NCBI GenBank assembly: GCA_963758495.1
Contig: CAVWVI010000001.1
Location: 448,001 to 512,000, forward strand
Length of the DNA stretch: 64,000 nt
Source: Oligoflexia bacterium
GTDB lineage: Bacteria; Bdellovibrionota; UBA1018
Direction: 5' to 3'
Positions 39,587 to 49,236 of this stretch are shown here, piece after piece. The notes under the pieces are model-generated. The model had not been told where the DNA came from, made no database searches, and saw only the letters and a program-made list of their open reading frames with translations. Both the position numbers and the translations under genes were made by a program. Within the stretch, counting starts at the first letter, position 1. Each line of letters begins with the position of its first letter.

Positions 39587-40672
39587 ATGAACCGGTTTCC
39601 AAGAGGACTTCTCACTACAGCACTCTTAGTCATAGTGACTTGGGGAATCGCAACTGCGCGCCCCTTCTTAGTCCCCGTTTGCATTGCGGCACTCCTCGGA
39701 TTTTTGATCACTCCTCTGATTCGCATTTTAACTCGTATCCACGTACCTGAATGGCTTGCCGTCACATTGGGCACGATTCTACTACTCATCCCTATTCCTG
39801 CAGTGAGCTATATGCTGATCAGACAAGCTACCTCTTTATTTCAAGATATTCCGCTACTCATGAATTCACTCAATAAACTCTTAAATACGTTTAATAAAAG
39901 TAAATTAGGGCAATCTATTCACATCTCAGATTATTTAAATCCGGCTGCACTTTTGGAAAAACTCTCTGTTGTGGCTGGAGAAAGCATTCAGGTAATTTTA
40001 TCGGGTTTAAATGCCGTACTCAATACTGGCTCACAAATAGCCCTTATTTTATTATTTACTATTTTAATGATTATGTCACGCAAACACCTTCGAACTACTT
40101 TTGAAAAAATCCTAGCACGGTATGAGTCCATTCAAGGCGCATCCATGTTAGATGAAGTAACCACCCTAATTGAACGCTTCTTATTAGCTCGATTATTGAT
40201 TGTTATCATTGTAGCCGCAGTTGACACGATTGCATTGATAGGTTTTTCAGTGCCCTACAGTTTTCTTATGGGAACATTTCTGGGCATTATGACTCTCTTA
40301 CCAGCCATTGGTTTTATTCTAGCATTAATACCGCCTGTCATTGTTTCTTTTGCAGAAGGGCATACTTTAGCATCTATACTTTTCCTGGTAATTGTACTTT
40401 TAATTATGTCAATTATTGAGGGAAATATCCTTTCCCCAAAGTTAGTTGGTATTCAACTCAATATAAACGCACTTTCATCGTTTTTAGGTATTTTTGCCGG
40501 AGGCTTGATTTGGGGTATCTGGGGGATGTTACTCTGCATTCCATTTTTAGGTGTTTTACGGATTATCTTCAGCGCAGTACCTACACTTCAACCTTGGGGC
40601 GATCTCCTTGCAGACAAGGAGGACAAAAAACTTTCCTTAAAACTCATGAAGCGACCTTCAAAGATAGCCTGA
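39587..40672 (+). CDS. AI-2E family transporter
   Basis: Multi-TM; IEGNILSPKLVG, LNINAL, GGLIWGIWGMLLCIP. Confidence 0.9.
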   Translation: MNRFPRGLLTTALLVIVTWGIATARPFLVPVCIAALLGFLITPLIRILTRIHVPEWLAVTLGTILLLIPIPAVSYMLIRQATSLFQDIPLLMNSLNKLLNTFNKSKLGQSIHISDYLNPAALLEKLSVVAGESIQVILSGLNAVLNTGSQIALILLFTILMIMSRKHLRTTFEKILARYESIQGASMLDEVTTLIERFLLARLLIVIIVAAVDTIALIGFSVPYSFLMGTFLGIMTLLPAIGFILALIPPVIVSFAEGHTLASILFLVIVLLIMSIIEGNILSPKLVGIQLNINALSSFLGIFAGGLIWGIWGMLLCIPFLGVLRIIFSAVPTLQPWGDLLADKEDKKLSLKLMKRPSKIA

Positions 40673-40693
40673 ACTACCCTATGAAAATGGAAT

Positions 40694-40753
40694 ATAAGTA
40701 GTTCCTACAGGGTTGTTGACAAGCACTGCAACAGGACCTCTTGCAGTGCTTGC
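40694..40753 (+). mobile_element. Copy C (internally deleted) of the GTAAG element
   Basis: ATAAGTAGTTCCTACAGGGTTGTTGACAAGCACTGCAA|CAGGACCTCTTGCAGTGCTTGC; flanks AATGGAAT / TGTGGAAT. Confidence 0.8.
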
Positions 40754-40755
40754 TG

Positions 40756-40771
40756 TGGAATGAGGCTTGCT
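40756..40771 (+). promoter_or_regulatory. sigma54 promoter of the act-cox operon
   Basis: TGGAATGAGGCTTGCT (GG-N10-GC), 30 bp upstream of actA and followed by a GGGGAG RBS. Confidence 0.7.
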
Positions 40772-40801
40772 TCATGAGCTGGGCACGGGGAGTTTCACGC
40801 G

Positions 40802-41467
40802 ATGCCTCAGCTTTTTCGCATAGGCGCAAACACAGTCACAAAAATCGTCATAATATCATTTATTGGACTTGTCTGTGGCTCTTTCGGAGTTGGAGAAATA
40901 CTTAAATGGTCATCCTATGTTACAGATGTTGGAGTTCCACGTGAGCAGCCGATTCCCTTTAGCCATCGCCATCATGTCAAAGGTGATGGCATAGATTGCC
41001 GCTATTGTCATACTTCTGTGGAAATTTCTTCCACAGCAGGAATGCCATCTACTGAAACATGCATGACATGCCATTCCCAAATCTGGTCACAGAGTCCTCT
41101 TTTGAAGCCTGTGCAGGCGAGTTTCTTTGAAAATAAACCTCTCCATTGGACACGTGTGCACGTTTTACCAGACTATGTTTATTTTAATCACAGCATTCAT
41201 ATTAATAAAGGAATTGGATGCGTCAGCTGTCATGGACAAGTAGATGAAATGCCTCTTAATTTGAAAATCCGAACCTTTTATATGCGTGATTGTCTCTCAT
41301 GTCACAGAAATCCGGAGCGTTATATACGACCTCGTGAAGAGGTGTTCAATTTGCATTGGAAACCACCCACGGGGGAAAAAGAAAGAAATCAACTCGGTAA
41401 GCAACTGATTCAGCAATATCAGATTGATAAAGAGCGAATTACAAATTGCTATACATGCCATAGGTAG
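40802..41467 (+). CDS. actA: Alternative complex III pentaheme cytochrome c
   Basis: Five CxxCH motifs, QPIPFSH, VYFNHSIH and an N-terminal TM. Confidence 0.93.
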   Translation: MPQLFRIGANTVTKIVIISFIGLVCGSFGVGEILKWSSYVTDVGVPREQPIPFSHRHHVKGDGIDCRYCHTSVEISSTAGMPSTETCMTCHSQIWSQSPLLKPVQASFFENKPLHWTRVHVLPDYVYFNHSIHINKGIGCVSCHGQVDEMPLNLKIRTFYMRDCLSCHRNPERYIRPREEVFNLHWKPPTGEKERNQLGKQLIQQYQIDKERITNCYTCHR

Positions 41468-41475
41468 GAAAATAG

Positions 41476-44340
41476 ATGATGGATCTAGACGACTCAATTG
41501 ACCGACGCCGATTTATGGAAATCATGGGTGCATCTATGGCCCTTGCTGGTCTCACCGCCTGTAGTCGAATGCCTCTTGAGAAGATTGTTCCTTATGTGAT
41601 TCAACCTGAAGAAATTATTCCTGGCAAACCCCTATTTTTTGCGACTGCAACCACACTCAGAGGATATGCTACTGGAATTTTAGTAGAAAGTCATATGGGT
41701 CGGCCTACTAAAATCGAGGGAAATCCAGACCATCCCGCCAGTCTCGGAGCCACAGATTCAATTACCCAAGCTCAAATTCTTTCTCTCTATGACCCCGAAC
41801 GTTCCCAAACAGTCGTTCACGAAAAGAACCTTGATACCTGGGATGGATTTATTGCCGCTTTAAATAAAAAGAGATCAGACTGGCAAAAGAATTTTGGTAA
41901 TGGGCTTTATATTCTTTCTGAAACAGTCACTTCTCCTACTATGGGTAACCAATTACACCAATTACTAAAGAGTTTTCCTCAAGCACACTGGCATTCCTTC
42001 GAGCCCATTACTCGTGACAACGCAAGAAAGGCATCCCTCTTAGCCTTTGGAGAAGATCTGGAATTCATCTATGAATTTAAAAAAGCCGATATCATTTTAA
42101 GCCTTGATTCGGACTTTCTCTCCCACGTACCGGGGAGCACTCGCTATTCTCATGACTTCTCTGATCGCCGTAGAGTTCGTTCTGAAAATCTCAAAACGGA
42201 TCAGTTCAAGATGAATCGGCTTTACGTGATTGAAAGTACCCCCTCCATCACAGGGTCCATGGCAGATCATCGCTTGAACCGTAAAGCTTCTTCTATTGAA
42301 ATCTACGTTCTTGCGCTTGCGAAGATACTTGGAATCAATATCGATACTCCTTCCTTACCTCCAAAGGATTTAAATTGGCTTTCAGTAGTCGCCAAAGATC
42401 TCCAATCTCATCCAAACTCTAGTATTATTACGATAGGATTAGATCAAACACCTCGAGCTCAAGCTATTGTTCATGCCATTAATTTAAAATTGGGAAACAT
42501 AGGAAAAACAATCATTCCTATACCTCCTGTAGAATTTAGACCCGTGGACCAGCTGGCATCAGTTTGCCAACTTGTCACAGATATGAATGCGGGAAAAGTG
42601 GATACTCTCATTGTGCTTGGAGGTAACCCTGTTTACTACACTCCAATTGATCTTAATTTTTCTAAAAGTTTTTTAAAAGTACCTCTACGAATTCATCTAG
42701 GGCTTTATCAAGATGAGACGGCCACCCTTAGTCATTGGCACCTTCCAGAAACCCATAGCCTGGAGACTTGGAGCGATGCACGAGCGTTTGATGGAACTGT
42801 GACGATTATGCAACCGTTGATCGCGCCACTTTATCAATCCAAATCAGCACACTGGGTTTTAGCTTCCCTTATGGAAAACCTCACGTCATCAGATTATCAA
42901 ATAGTCCGTGATCACTGGGAACAGTTGTGGAAGGTAGACTTTGACCCAAAATGGGAGAAAGCATTACAACAAGGAATAGTAGAAAACACATCCTTTAGCC
43001 CTAAACAAGTCAAGTTGAATTCAGAAATACTTAAAAGCACCTATCATCCTTTAGAAAATAATCAGGTAGAAAATAATCAGGCAGAAAATGATCAGGGGTT
43101 AGAGATTATTTTTCGCTCTGATTCAACAATTTGGGATGGCAGATTTGCAAATAACAGCTGGCTTCAAGAGCTTTTCAAACCTCTTACTCAACTCAGCTGG
43201 GATAATGCAGCTTTCCTGAGCCCTCGTACAGCCCAACGACTCCATTTATCGACAGGAGACATTGTCTTACTTCGTTACTCAGGTCGGAATATTCACGCAC
43301 CCGTTTGGATTCTGGCAGGACACGCAGACGAATCTGTTACGCTACAGTTTGGATTTGGGCGGACCCAAGCTGGCAAAGTCGGCTCGAACATCGGTTACAA
43401 TGCTTACTTGCTTCAGACTTCTGATCATCCCTATTTCAATCCAGGTCTTGAAATTACTAAAACTGAAAAAACACATATTTTTACAAAAGAACAAGATCAA
43501 GATTCAATGAAGGACAGAGATATCATTCATAATGCAACGATTCAAGACTTCCAAAAGAATCAAAACCTATTTCACGAAAAACCACTCAAACCTCATTCTC
43601 TCTACCCCCAGTTTCCTTACACAGGTTACGCATGGGCTATGGTCATTGATACAAATACATGCACAGGTTGCAGTGCGTGTGTCATTGCTTGCCAAGCTGA
43701 AAATAATATCCCTTCTGTTGGAAAAGACCAAATTATCAAAAAAAGAAACATGTATTGGATCAGGGTAGATCGATATTACGTCGGAAAAAATGATAATCCA
43801 AAAACATTTTTTCAACCTATACCTTGTATGCACTGCGAAGACGCGCCGTGCGAAGTAGTTTGCCCGACCGCCGCCACCGTCCATGGAAGCGAAGGCCTTA
43901 ATGAAATGGTTTACAATCGATGTGTAGGAACTCGTTATTGTTCAAATAATTGTCCGTACAAGGTAAGACGATTCAATTTTTTTCAATATAGTGATTATAA
44001 AACTCCTAGTTTCAAGGCGATGAGAAATCCGGACGTAACAGTTCGAAGCCGCGGAGTTATGGAAAAATGTACATACTGTATTCAACGTATCGTTGAAAAA
44101 AGGATTCCTGCGGAGAATGAAAACCGCCGAATTCGGGATGGAGAAATTAAGACCGCCTGTCAACAGGTATGCCCTACTGAATCCATTATATTCGGAGATC
44201 TCAACACTCAAAAAAGTGTGCTCAATCAACTCAAATCTCAACCCCATAATTATGGACTTCTAGCTGAACTTGGGACACGACCTCGAACTACTTATCTTGC
44301 AAAATTCACTAATCCTAATCGTGAGCTTGAGATAATATGA
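41476..44340 (+). CDS. actB: Alternative complex III ActB (molybdopterin-oxidoreductase-like + Fe-S domain), Tat/lipoprotein signal
   Basis: RRRFMEIMGAS..LTAC, GRPTKIEGNPDHP, CTGCSACVIAC, CMHCEDAPC, CVGTRYCSNNCPY, MEKCTYC. Confidence 0.93.
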   Translation: MMDLDDSIDRRRFMEIMGASMALAGLTACSRMPLEKIVPYVIQPEEIIPGKPLFFATATTLRGYATGILVESHMGRPTKIEGNPDHPASLGATDSITQAQILSLYDPERSQTVVHEKNLDTWDGFIAALNKKRSDWQKNFGNGLYILSETVTSPTMGNQLHQLLKSFPQAHWHSFEPITRDNARKASLLAFGEDLEFIYEFKKADIILSLDSDFLSHVPGSTRYSHDFSDRRRVRSENLKTDQFKMNRLYVIESTPSITGSMADHRLNRKASSIEIYVLALAKILGINIDTPSLPPKDLNWLSVVAKDLQSHPNSSIITIGLDQTPRAQAIVHAINLKLGNIGKTIIPIPPVEFRPVDQLASVCQLVTDMNAGKVDTLIVLGGNPVYYTPIDLNFSKSFLKVPLRIHLGLYQDETATLSHWHLPETHSLETWSDARAFDGTVTIMQPLIAPLYQSKSAHWVLASLMENLTSSDYQIVRDHWEQLWKVDFDPKWEKALQQGIVENTSFSPKQVKLNSEILKSTYHPLENNQVENNQAENDQGLEIIFRSDSTIWDGRFANNSWLQELFKPLTQLSWDNAAFLSPRTAQRLHLSTGDIVLLRYSGRNIHAPVWILAGHADESVTLQFGFGRTQAGKVGSNIGYNAYLLQTSDHPYFNPGLEITKTEKTHIFTKEQDQDSMKDRDIIHNATIQDFQKNQNLFHEKPLKPHSLYPQFPYTGYAWAMVIDTNTCTGCSACVIACQAENNIPSVGKDQIIKKRNMYWIRVDRYYVGKNDNPKTFFQPIPCMHCEDAPCEVVCPTAATVHGSEGLNEMVYNRCVGTRYCSNNCPYKVRRFNFFQYSDYKTPSFKAMRNPDVTVRSRGVMEKCTYCIQRIVEKRIPAENENRRIRDGEIKTACQQVCPTESIIFGDLNTQKSVLNQLKSQPHNYGLLAELGTRPRTTYLAKFTNPNRELEII

Positions 44341-45704
44341 TCTCTAAAACTTCTAAAAACAATAATGAAACACTATCGGTTATTGCTCCAGGATATACCT
44401 ATCAAAGTGTCACTAGAAAAATTTCAGACCTTGTTCTTGCCCGAGATTATCACTGGCGATGGTACTTGGGATTTGGAATTGGCTTTTTTCTTGTCACAAT
44501 ACTCTTAGTCGCGATTACATATTTACTGGCAGTCGGAATTGGAATTTGGGGAGTTAATATCCCTGTAGCTTGGGGATATGCCATTACAAATTTTGTATGG
44601 TGGATCGGAATTGGTCATGCAGGAACCTTCATTTCAGCATTCTTACTCTTGATGCGCCAAGACTGGAGAACCTCTATTAATCGCTTTGCAGAAGCGATGA
44701 CTCTGTTTGCAGTAGCTTGCGCAGGTCTATTTCCCTTATTGCACTTAGGGCGGCCTTGGTTTTTCTATTGGCTTCTCCCTTATCCTGATACTATGGATCT
44801 TTGGCCACAGTTCCGAAGTCCATTGGTGTGGGATGTTTTTGCAGTGAGCACTTACCTTACAGTATCACTTGTTTTTTGGTACACGGGACTCATTCCCGAT
44901 CTTGCCAGTATGCGGGAAAGAGCAAAACGACCTTGGGTAAAAAAACTTTATGCCACACTTTCTCTAGGATGGAGGGGGTCCGCCATACATTGGCGACGCT
45001 ATACTTCAGTCTATTTGCTTATGGCAGGTTTGGCAACTCCCCTTGTACTATCCGTTCACAGTGTAGTGAGTTTTGACTTTACGATTTCAATTGTACCAGG
45101 TTGGCACTCCACTATTTTCCCTCCTTACTTTGTAGCTGGAGCCATTTTTTCAGGCTTTGCAATGGTTTTAACAATTGCGATTCCACTCAGAAAATATTTT
45201 AAATTAAAAGACTTTATTACGCTTAAACACTTAGATAATTGTGCACAACTCACTTTAGTCACAGGCTTGATCGTAACCTATTCCTATATTCAAGAAGCAT
45301 TCATGGCGTGGTATAGTGGAAATTTGTATGAAAGATATTCTTTATTAGATCGAGCAACCGGACATTACGATGTCCTTTACTGGATCCTAATCGTATGTAA
45401 TGTATTCATCCCTCAGTTTCTTTGGTTCAAACGAATTCGAATAAATCCTACATTACTCTTTATCATTTCACTATTTATTAATTTAGGAATGTGGTCAGAA
45501 CGTTTTGTGATTGTAGTTCAAAGTCTGAGTCGAGATTACTTACCCTCCGACTGGCATAACTATTCTCCAACCATTTGGGATTGGTTAACCCTCCTGGGTT
45601 CAGTAGGCTTTTTCATTTTCTCTTTTTTGCTTTTTATTCGGATTTTACCCGTAATTGCTATCTCTGAACTGCGCGAACTTCTACATCGAAAGGAGCATGA
45701 GTAA
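44337..45704 (+). CDS. actC: Alternative complex III ActC (NrfD/PsrC family)
   Basis: NFVWWIGIGHAGT, HLGRPW, FRSPLVWD, SVHSVVS, PGWHSTIFPPYFVAGA. Confidence 0.93.
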   Translation: MISKTSKNNNETLSVIAPGYTYQSVTRKISDLVLARDYHWRWYLGFGIGFFLVTILLVAITYLLAVGIGIWGVNIPVAWGYAITNFVWWIGIGHAGTFISAFLLLMRQDWRTSINRFAEAMTLFAVACAGLFPLLHLGRPWFFYWLLPYPDTMDLWPQFRSPLVWDVFAVSTYLTVSLVFWYTGLIPDLASMRERAKRPWVKKLYATLSLGWRGSAIHWRRYTSVYLLMAGLATPLVLSVHSVVSFDFTISIVPGWHSTIFPPYFVAGAIFSGFAMVLTIAIPLRKYFKLKDFITLKHLDNCAQLTLVTGLIVTYSYIQEAFMAWYSGNLYERYSLLDRATGHYDVLYWILIVCNVFIPQFLWFKRIRINPTLLFIISLFINLGMWSERFVIVVQSLSRDYLPSDWHNYSPTIWDWLTLLGSVGFFIFSFLLFIRILPVIAISELRELLHRKEHE

Positions 45705-45706
45705 CC

Positions 45707-46294
45707 ATGAGCACTCAGCCCCAAACAAAACCTCAATACACTCTCATAACTCAATCACCCCTTCCTCCCTCCCTTTATGGTCTCATGGCTGTTTTCAATG
45801 AGCCCGAAGCCTTACTCAAAGCTGCACAGAGCGCTTACGATGCGGGATATCGCAAACTCCAAGCTTATACTCCATTCCCCGTAAATGGCCTCTCAGAAGC
45901 AATTGGCTTCACTCACGATAGGATGTCCATGATTACTTTAATTGGAGGTCTTTTCGGCTGCAGTGGTGGGTTTTATATGCAATATTTTGCAAATGTCGTG
46001 AGCTATCCATTAAATATAGGGGGAAGGCCATACAATAGTTGGCCCGCATTTATTCCAGTTACCTTCGAACTGACTATTCTTTGCGCCGCACTTTCAGCTC
46101 TTTTTGGAATGCTTATTTTAAACAAACTCCCTCAACTCTACCATCCAGTATTTAATGTGCCAGAATTCAAGCGAGCTGCTGAGGATGGGTTTTTTCTTTG
46201 TATTCAATGTCTGGATCCCCAATTTAAGTATCAAGAAACTCATAATTTTCTAAAGTCCCTCATTCCTCAGGAAGTCTATGAGGTAGAGTTATGA
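45707..46294 (+). CDS. actD: Alternative complex III ActD (DUF3341)
   Basis: YTPFPV, YPLNIGGRP..SWPAFIPVTFE; operon position. Confidence 0.9.
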   Translation: MSTQPQTKPQYTLITQSPLPPSLYGLMAVFNEPEALLKAAQSAYDAGYRKLQAYTPFPVNGLSEAIGFTHDRMSMITLIGGLFGCSGGFYMQYFANVVSYPLNIGGRPYNSWPAFIPVTFELTILCAALSALFGMLILNKLPQLYHPVFNVPEFKRAAEDGFFLCIQCLDPQFKYQETHNFLKSLIPQEVYEVEL

Positions 46295-46860
46295 AAGAAC
46301 TGTTATGGGTCTCATTCATAATTCCATTAGCGATGGGATGTCAGCAAAAAATGACTCAACAACCCAAGTACCTTCCCTATGACCCAAGTGACTTTTTCGC
46401 AAACGGAATGTCATCTCGTCCCATCATTCCTGGAACCATAGCACGTGGACAACCACGAACAGATCTCCCTTTTTATACTGGAAAAGTAAACGGAGTGTCT
46501 ATAACTACCTTGCCGATACCCTTGACAGCCGAACTATTAAAGCGAGGACAACAACGATTTAATATTTACTGTTCCCCCTGTCACGGAGAATCCGGAAACG
46601 GCCAAGGAATGATAGTAGCTCGAGGCTTTACCGCACCTCCTTCTTATCATACCGAGGAATTAAGAAAAGCTCCTATAGGTCACTTTTTCGATGTAATCAC
46701 CCGAGGATACGGAGTGATGTACAGCTACGCTTCACGCATTCCAATCAAAGATCGATGGGCAATATCCGCTTATATTCGAGCGCTTCAGCTCAGTCAAAAT
46801 GCAAAGCTGGAGAATCTTTCACATCAAGATCAAATGAAACTGGAGAACATAAAAAGATGA
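46291..46860 (+). CDS. actE: Alternative complex III ActE monoheme cytochrome c lipoprotein
   Basis: Lipobox LAMGC, CSPCH, DRWAISAYIRALQ. Confidence 0.9.
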   Translation: MKELLWVSFIIPLAMGCQQKMTQQPKYLPYDPSDFFANGMSSRPIIPGTIARGQPRTDLPFYTGKVNGVSITTLPIPLTAELLKRGQQRFNIYCSPCHGESGNGQGMIVARGFTAPPSYHTEELRKAPIGHFFDVITRGYGVMYSYASRIPIKDRWAISAYIRALQLSQNAKLENLSHQDQMKLENIKR

Positions 46861-47966
46861 ATCAAGACCCAAGCCTATTGAAATCTTTAAAGCACGTTCT
46901 CATATCCATTTACAAAATGAGTGCCGTTATCGCAATCATCACATTCATCGCACTTACATTTGGATATAGATACAATCCCACTCAATTCTTTCGCTCCTAT
47001 CTCTGTGGATACCTATTTTGGATTGAAATATCCCTCGGTTGTTTTGGATTACTATTAGTATCCCACCTTACGGGTGGCTTATGGGGCGTTTCTGTAAGAC
47101 GATTTTTTGAAGCGGGGAAAAGCACGCTTTGGCTCATGGCAGTACTTTTTATTCCCATTTTATTTGGATTAAAATCGATCTATTTATGGTCACGCCCGGA
47201 TGAACTTGCTCACAATGAACTCTTGCAACATCAATCCATTTATTTAAATCAGTCCTTCTTTATTTTAAGAGCTGTACTTTATTTCATCGTTTGGATTGGT
47301 TTTAGCTATTGGACAAGACTGAGTGCCTTGGGTTTGATTCTCTATTGTTTCACTGCATCTTTTGCATCCTATGATTGGATCATGTCTCTTCAACATGACT
47401 GGTATTCCACCATATTTGGAATGATCTTCTTCGTCAGCCATGGATTGGGTGCTCTTTCTTTTATTATTCTATTTTTAGCAATTATTTCTAAATACGATGC
47501 TATTTCTAACTTTTTCACACCTGAATGTTTAAATGATTTAGGCAATGTTTTAATGGTATTTGTGATGCTTTGGGCATATCTCAACCTTTCTCAATACCTC
47601 ATTATCTGGGAAGGAAATAAACCAGAGGAAGTTGACTGGTATTTTCGCAGGAGCCAAGGAGGGTGGCAATGGCTTGCGTACAGTTTGGCTTTATTTCAAT
47701 TTGCATTCCCTTTCTTTCTTCTCCTTTTTCGTCAAACAAAACGTCAACTTTTTACGCTAAGTGGGATTGCAGGACTTACTTTTCTGATTCGTATTATTGA
47801 CGTTTATTGGTCAATCATTCCCAGTTTTGAAGAAAGCCTTCGACTTAATTGGATGGATATTTTAGCCCCTATTTGTATTGGAGGAATTTGGATCAGTTTT
47901 TTTACCTGGTATCTCAGTAAAATGAAATCCCCCATTATACCCGTGCTTCAAAAGGAAAAAGCATGA
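46857..47966 (+). CDS. actF: Alternative complex III ActF membrane subunit
   Basis: DWIMSLQHDWYSTIFG, DLGN, WAYLNLSQYLIIW; ATGA overlap with actE. Confidence 0.88.
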   Translation: MNQDPSLLKSLKHVLISIYKMSAVIAIITFIALTFGYRYNPTQFFRSYLCGYLFWIEISLGCFGLLLVSHLTGGLWGVSVRRFFEAGKSTLWLMAVLFIPILFGLKSIYLWSRPDELAHNELLQHQSIYLNQSFFILRAVLYFIVWIGFSYWTRLSALGLILYCFTASFASYDWIMSLQHDWYSTIFGMIFFVSHGLGALSFIILFLAIISKYDAISNFFTPECLNDLGNVLMVFVMLWAYLNLSQYLIIWEGNKPEEVDWYFRRSQGGWQWLAYSLALFQFAFPFFLLLFRQTKRQLFTLSGIAGLTFLIRIIDVYWSIIPSFEESLRLNWMDILAPICIGGIWISFFTWYLSKMKSPIIPVLQKEKA

Positions 47967-48364
47967 AAAAAAAACCTACTCAATTAAAACGAAATCCTTT
48001 TCAGGAATCCATCTCTCAAGGATATGAATCCAGTGACGTCAGCATCTCTGCGATAAAAAAATGGGCCATCGGTCTTTTCTTAATGGTCATTGGAGTGCAA
48101 CTCACTCTGCTCTATTGGTATGATGTCTTGAATGAAAAACAGCGCGTCACCCAGAGTAAAAGTATTATTTGGAGTGGTCAACCCGTACCTCCAGTTGAAA
48201 TCGCTGCACTAGAGATTGAATCAGGGAAAGAACGCGAAAGAATTCATACTCAGGAAGTTCACCAACTCACCTCTTACGGCTGGATTAACTTAAAAGAAAA
48301 AATAGCTCACATCCCCATTCAACGGGCCATGGCACTCCTTCTTCAAAATGGGAGTGGAAAATGA
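47963..48364 (+). CDS. ActG-like single-TM accessory subunit
   Basis: GYESSD, one TM segment, YGWIN..AHIPIQRAM; position after actF. Confidence 0.7.
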   Translation: MKKKPTQLKRNPFQESISQGYESSDVSISAIKKWAIGLFLMVIGVQLTLLYWYDVLNEKQRVTQSKSIIWSGQPVPPVEIAALEIESGKERERIHTQEVHQLTSYGWINLKEKIAHIPIQRAMALLLQNGSGK

Positions 48365-49236
48365 ATTTAAAACTCAATGCCCAGGTGCTCAATTTAGCTG
48401 CGGCCTATCCTCTGTGGCCCAGACACTTACTAAAATTATTATGCTGTATTTCTTTTACTTTTTGTTCTCTAGTCAATGCAAGCTCGCTCCTATCTGAGAA
48501 TTTGAACAATATTGGTATCGATCAAAATCTCAACTCACAAATACCACTCAGTCTCTCTTTCCATGACGATCAGAAGCGGGTGGTTTCCATTCAAAAGCTA
48601 GTTTATCCAAAGCCCACTATTTTAGTCCTCACTTACTTTGGGTGTCCAAGTCTTTGTACTTTAGTTCTCAACAACTTAGTGGAGACCTTAGAAGAAATGA
48701 AAGGATTTGATTTAGGTCAAGACTATAACATTTTAACGGTAAGCATTGATCCCAGTGAAACTTCAGCTCTTGCTTCTAAAAAAAGAAATACTTATTTGCA
48801 ACGATACGGACACAGAGGAAACCCAGAGGGTTGGCGCTTTTTAACCGGAAACAAAAAGACCATTGATGCTTTAGCGAAAGTGGTAGGTTTCAAATACAAA
48901 TATGATCCAGCCACCCGCCAATTTGCTCATGCCAGTGGCATCATGATTCTGACTCCTCAGGGGATAATTTCCCGTTATTTTCTTGGAATCGGCTACTCTC
49001 CTCAAGATCTTCGTCTCTCACTCATTGAGGCATCCTCTGGAAAAGTTGGCTCTCTTGTCGATAAAATTGCATTACTCTGTTACGAATATAATCCCATTAC
49101 AGGAAAATATGGTGTTTCCATTACCCGCCTACTCAAGTTATTTAGTATTATTACCGTCCTCTTTTTACTGATTCTCATTTTTCAACAGAACTGGTGGCCC
49201 ATGCAATGGAAACCTCAGGAGAAGAAAGCGCTATGA
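48361..49236 (+). CDS. SCO family copper chaperone
   Basis: YFGCPSLC (CxxxC), TVSIDP, WRFLTG, QFAHAS. Confidence 0.9.
   Translation: MNLKLNAQVLNLAAAYPLWPRHLLKLLCCISFTFCSLVNASSLLSENLNNIGIDQNLNSQIPLSLSFHDDQKRVVSIQKLVYPKPTILVLTYFGCPSLCTLVLNNLVETLEEMKGFDLGQDYNILTVSIDPSETSALASKKRNTYLQRYGHRGNPEGWRFLTGNKKTIDALAKVVGFKYKYDPATRQFAHASGIMILTPQGIISRYFLGIGYSPQDLRLSLIEASSGKVGSLVDKIALLCYEYNPITGKYGVSITRLLKLFSIITVLFLLILIFQQNWWPMQWKPQEKKAL

Noticed and set aside
39469..39789. 106-aa minus-strand ORF and similar short antisense or nested ORFs in the track (e.g. 14126-14497, 38579-38884, 55010-55372)
   Set aside because: Shadow frames of well-supported genes, with no motifs or RBS.
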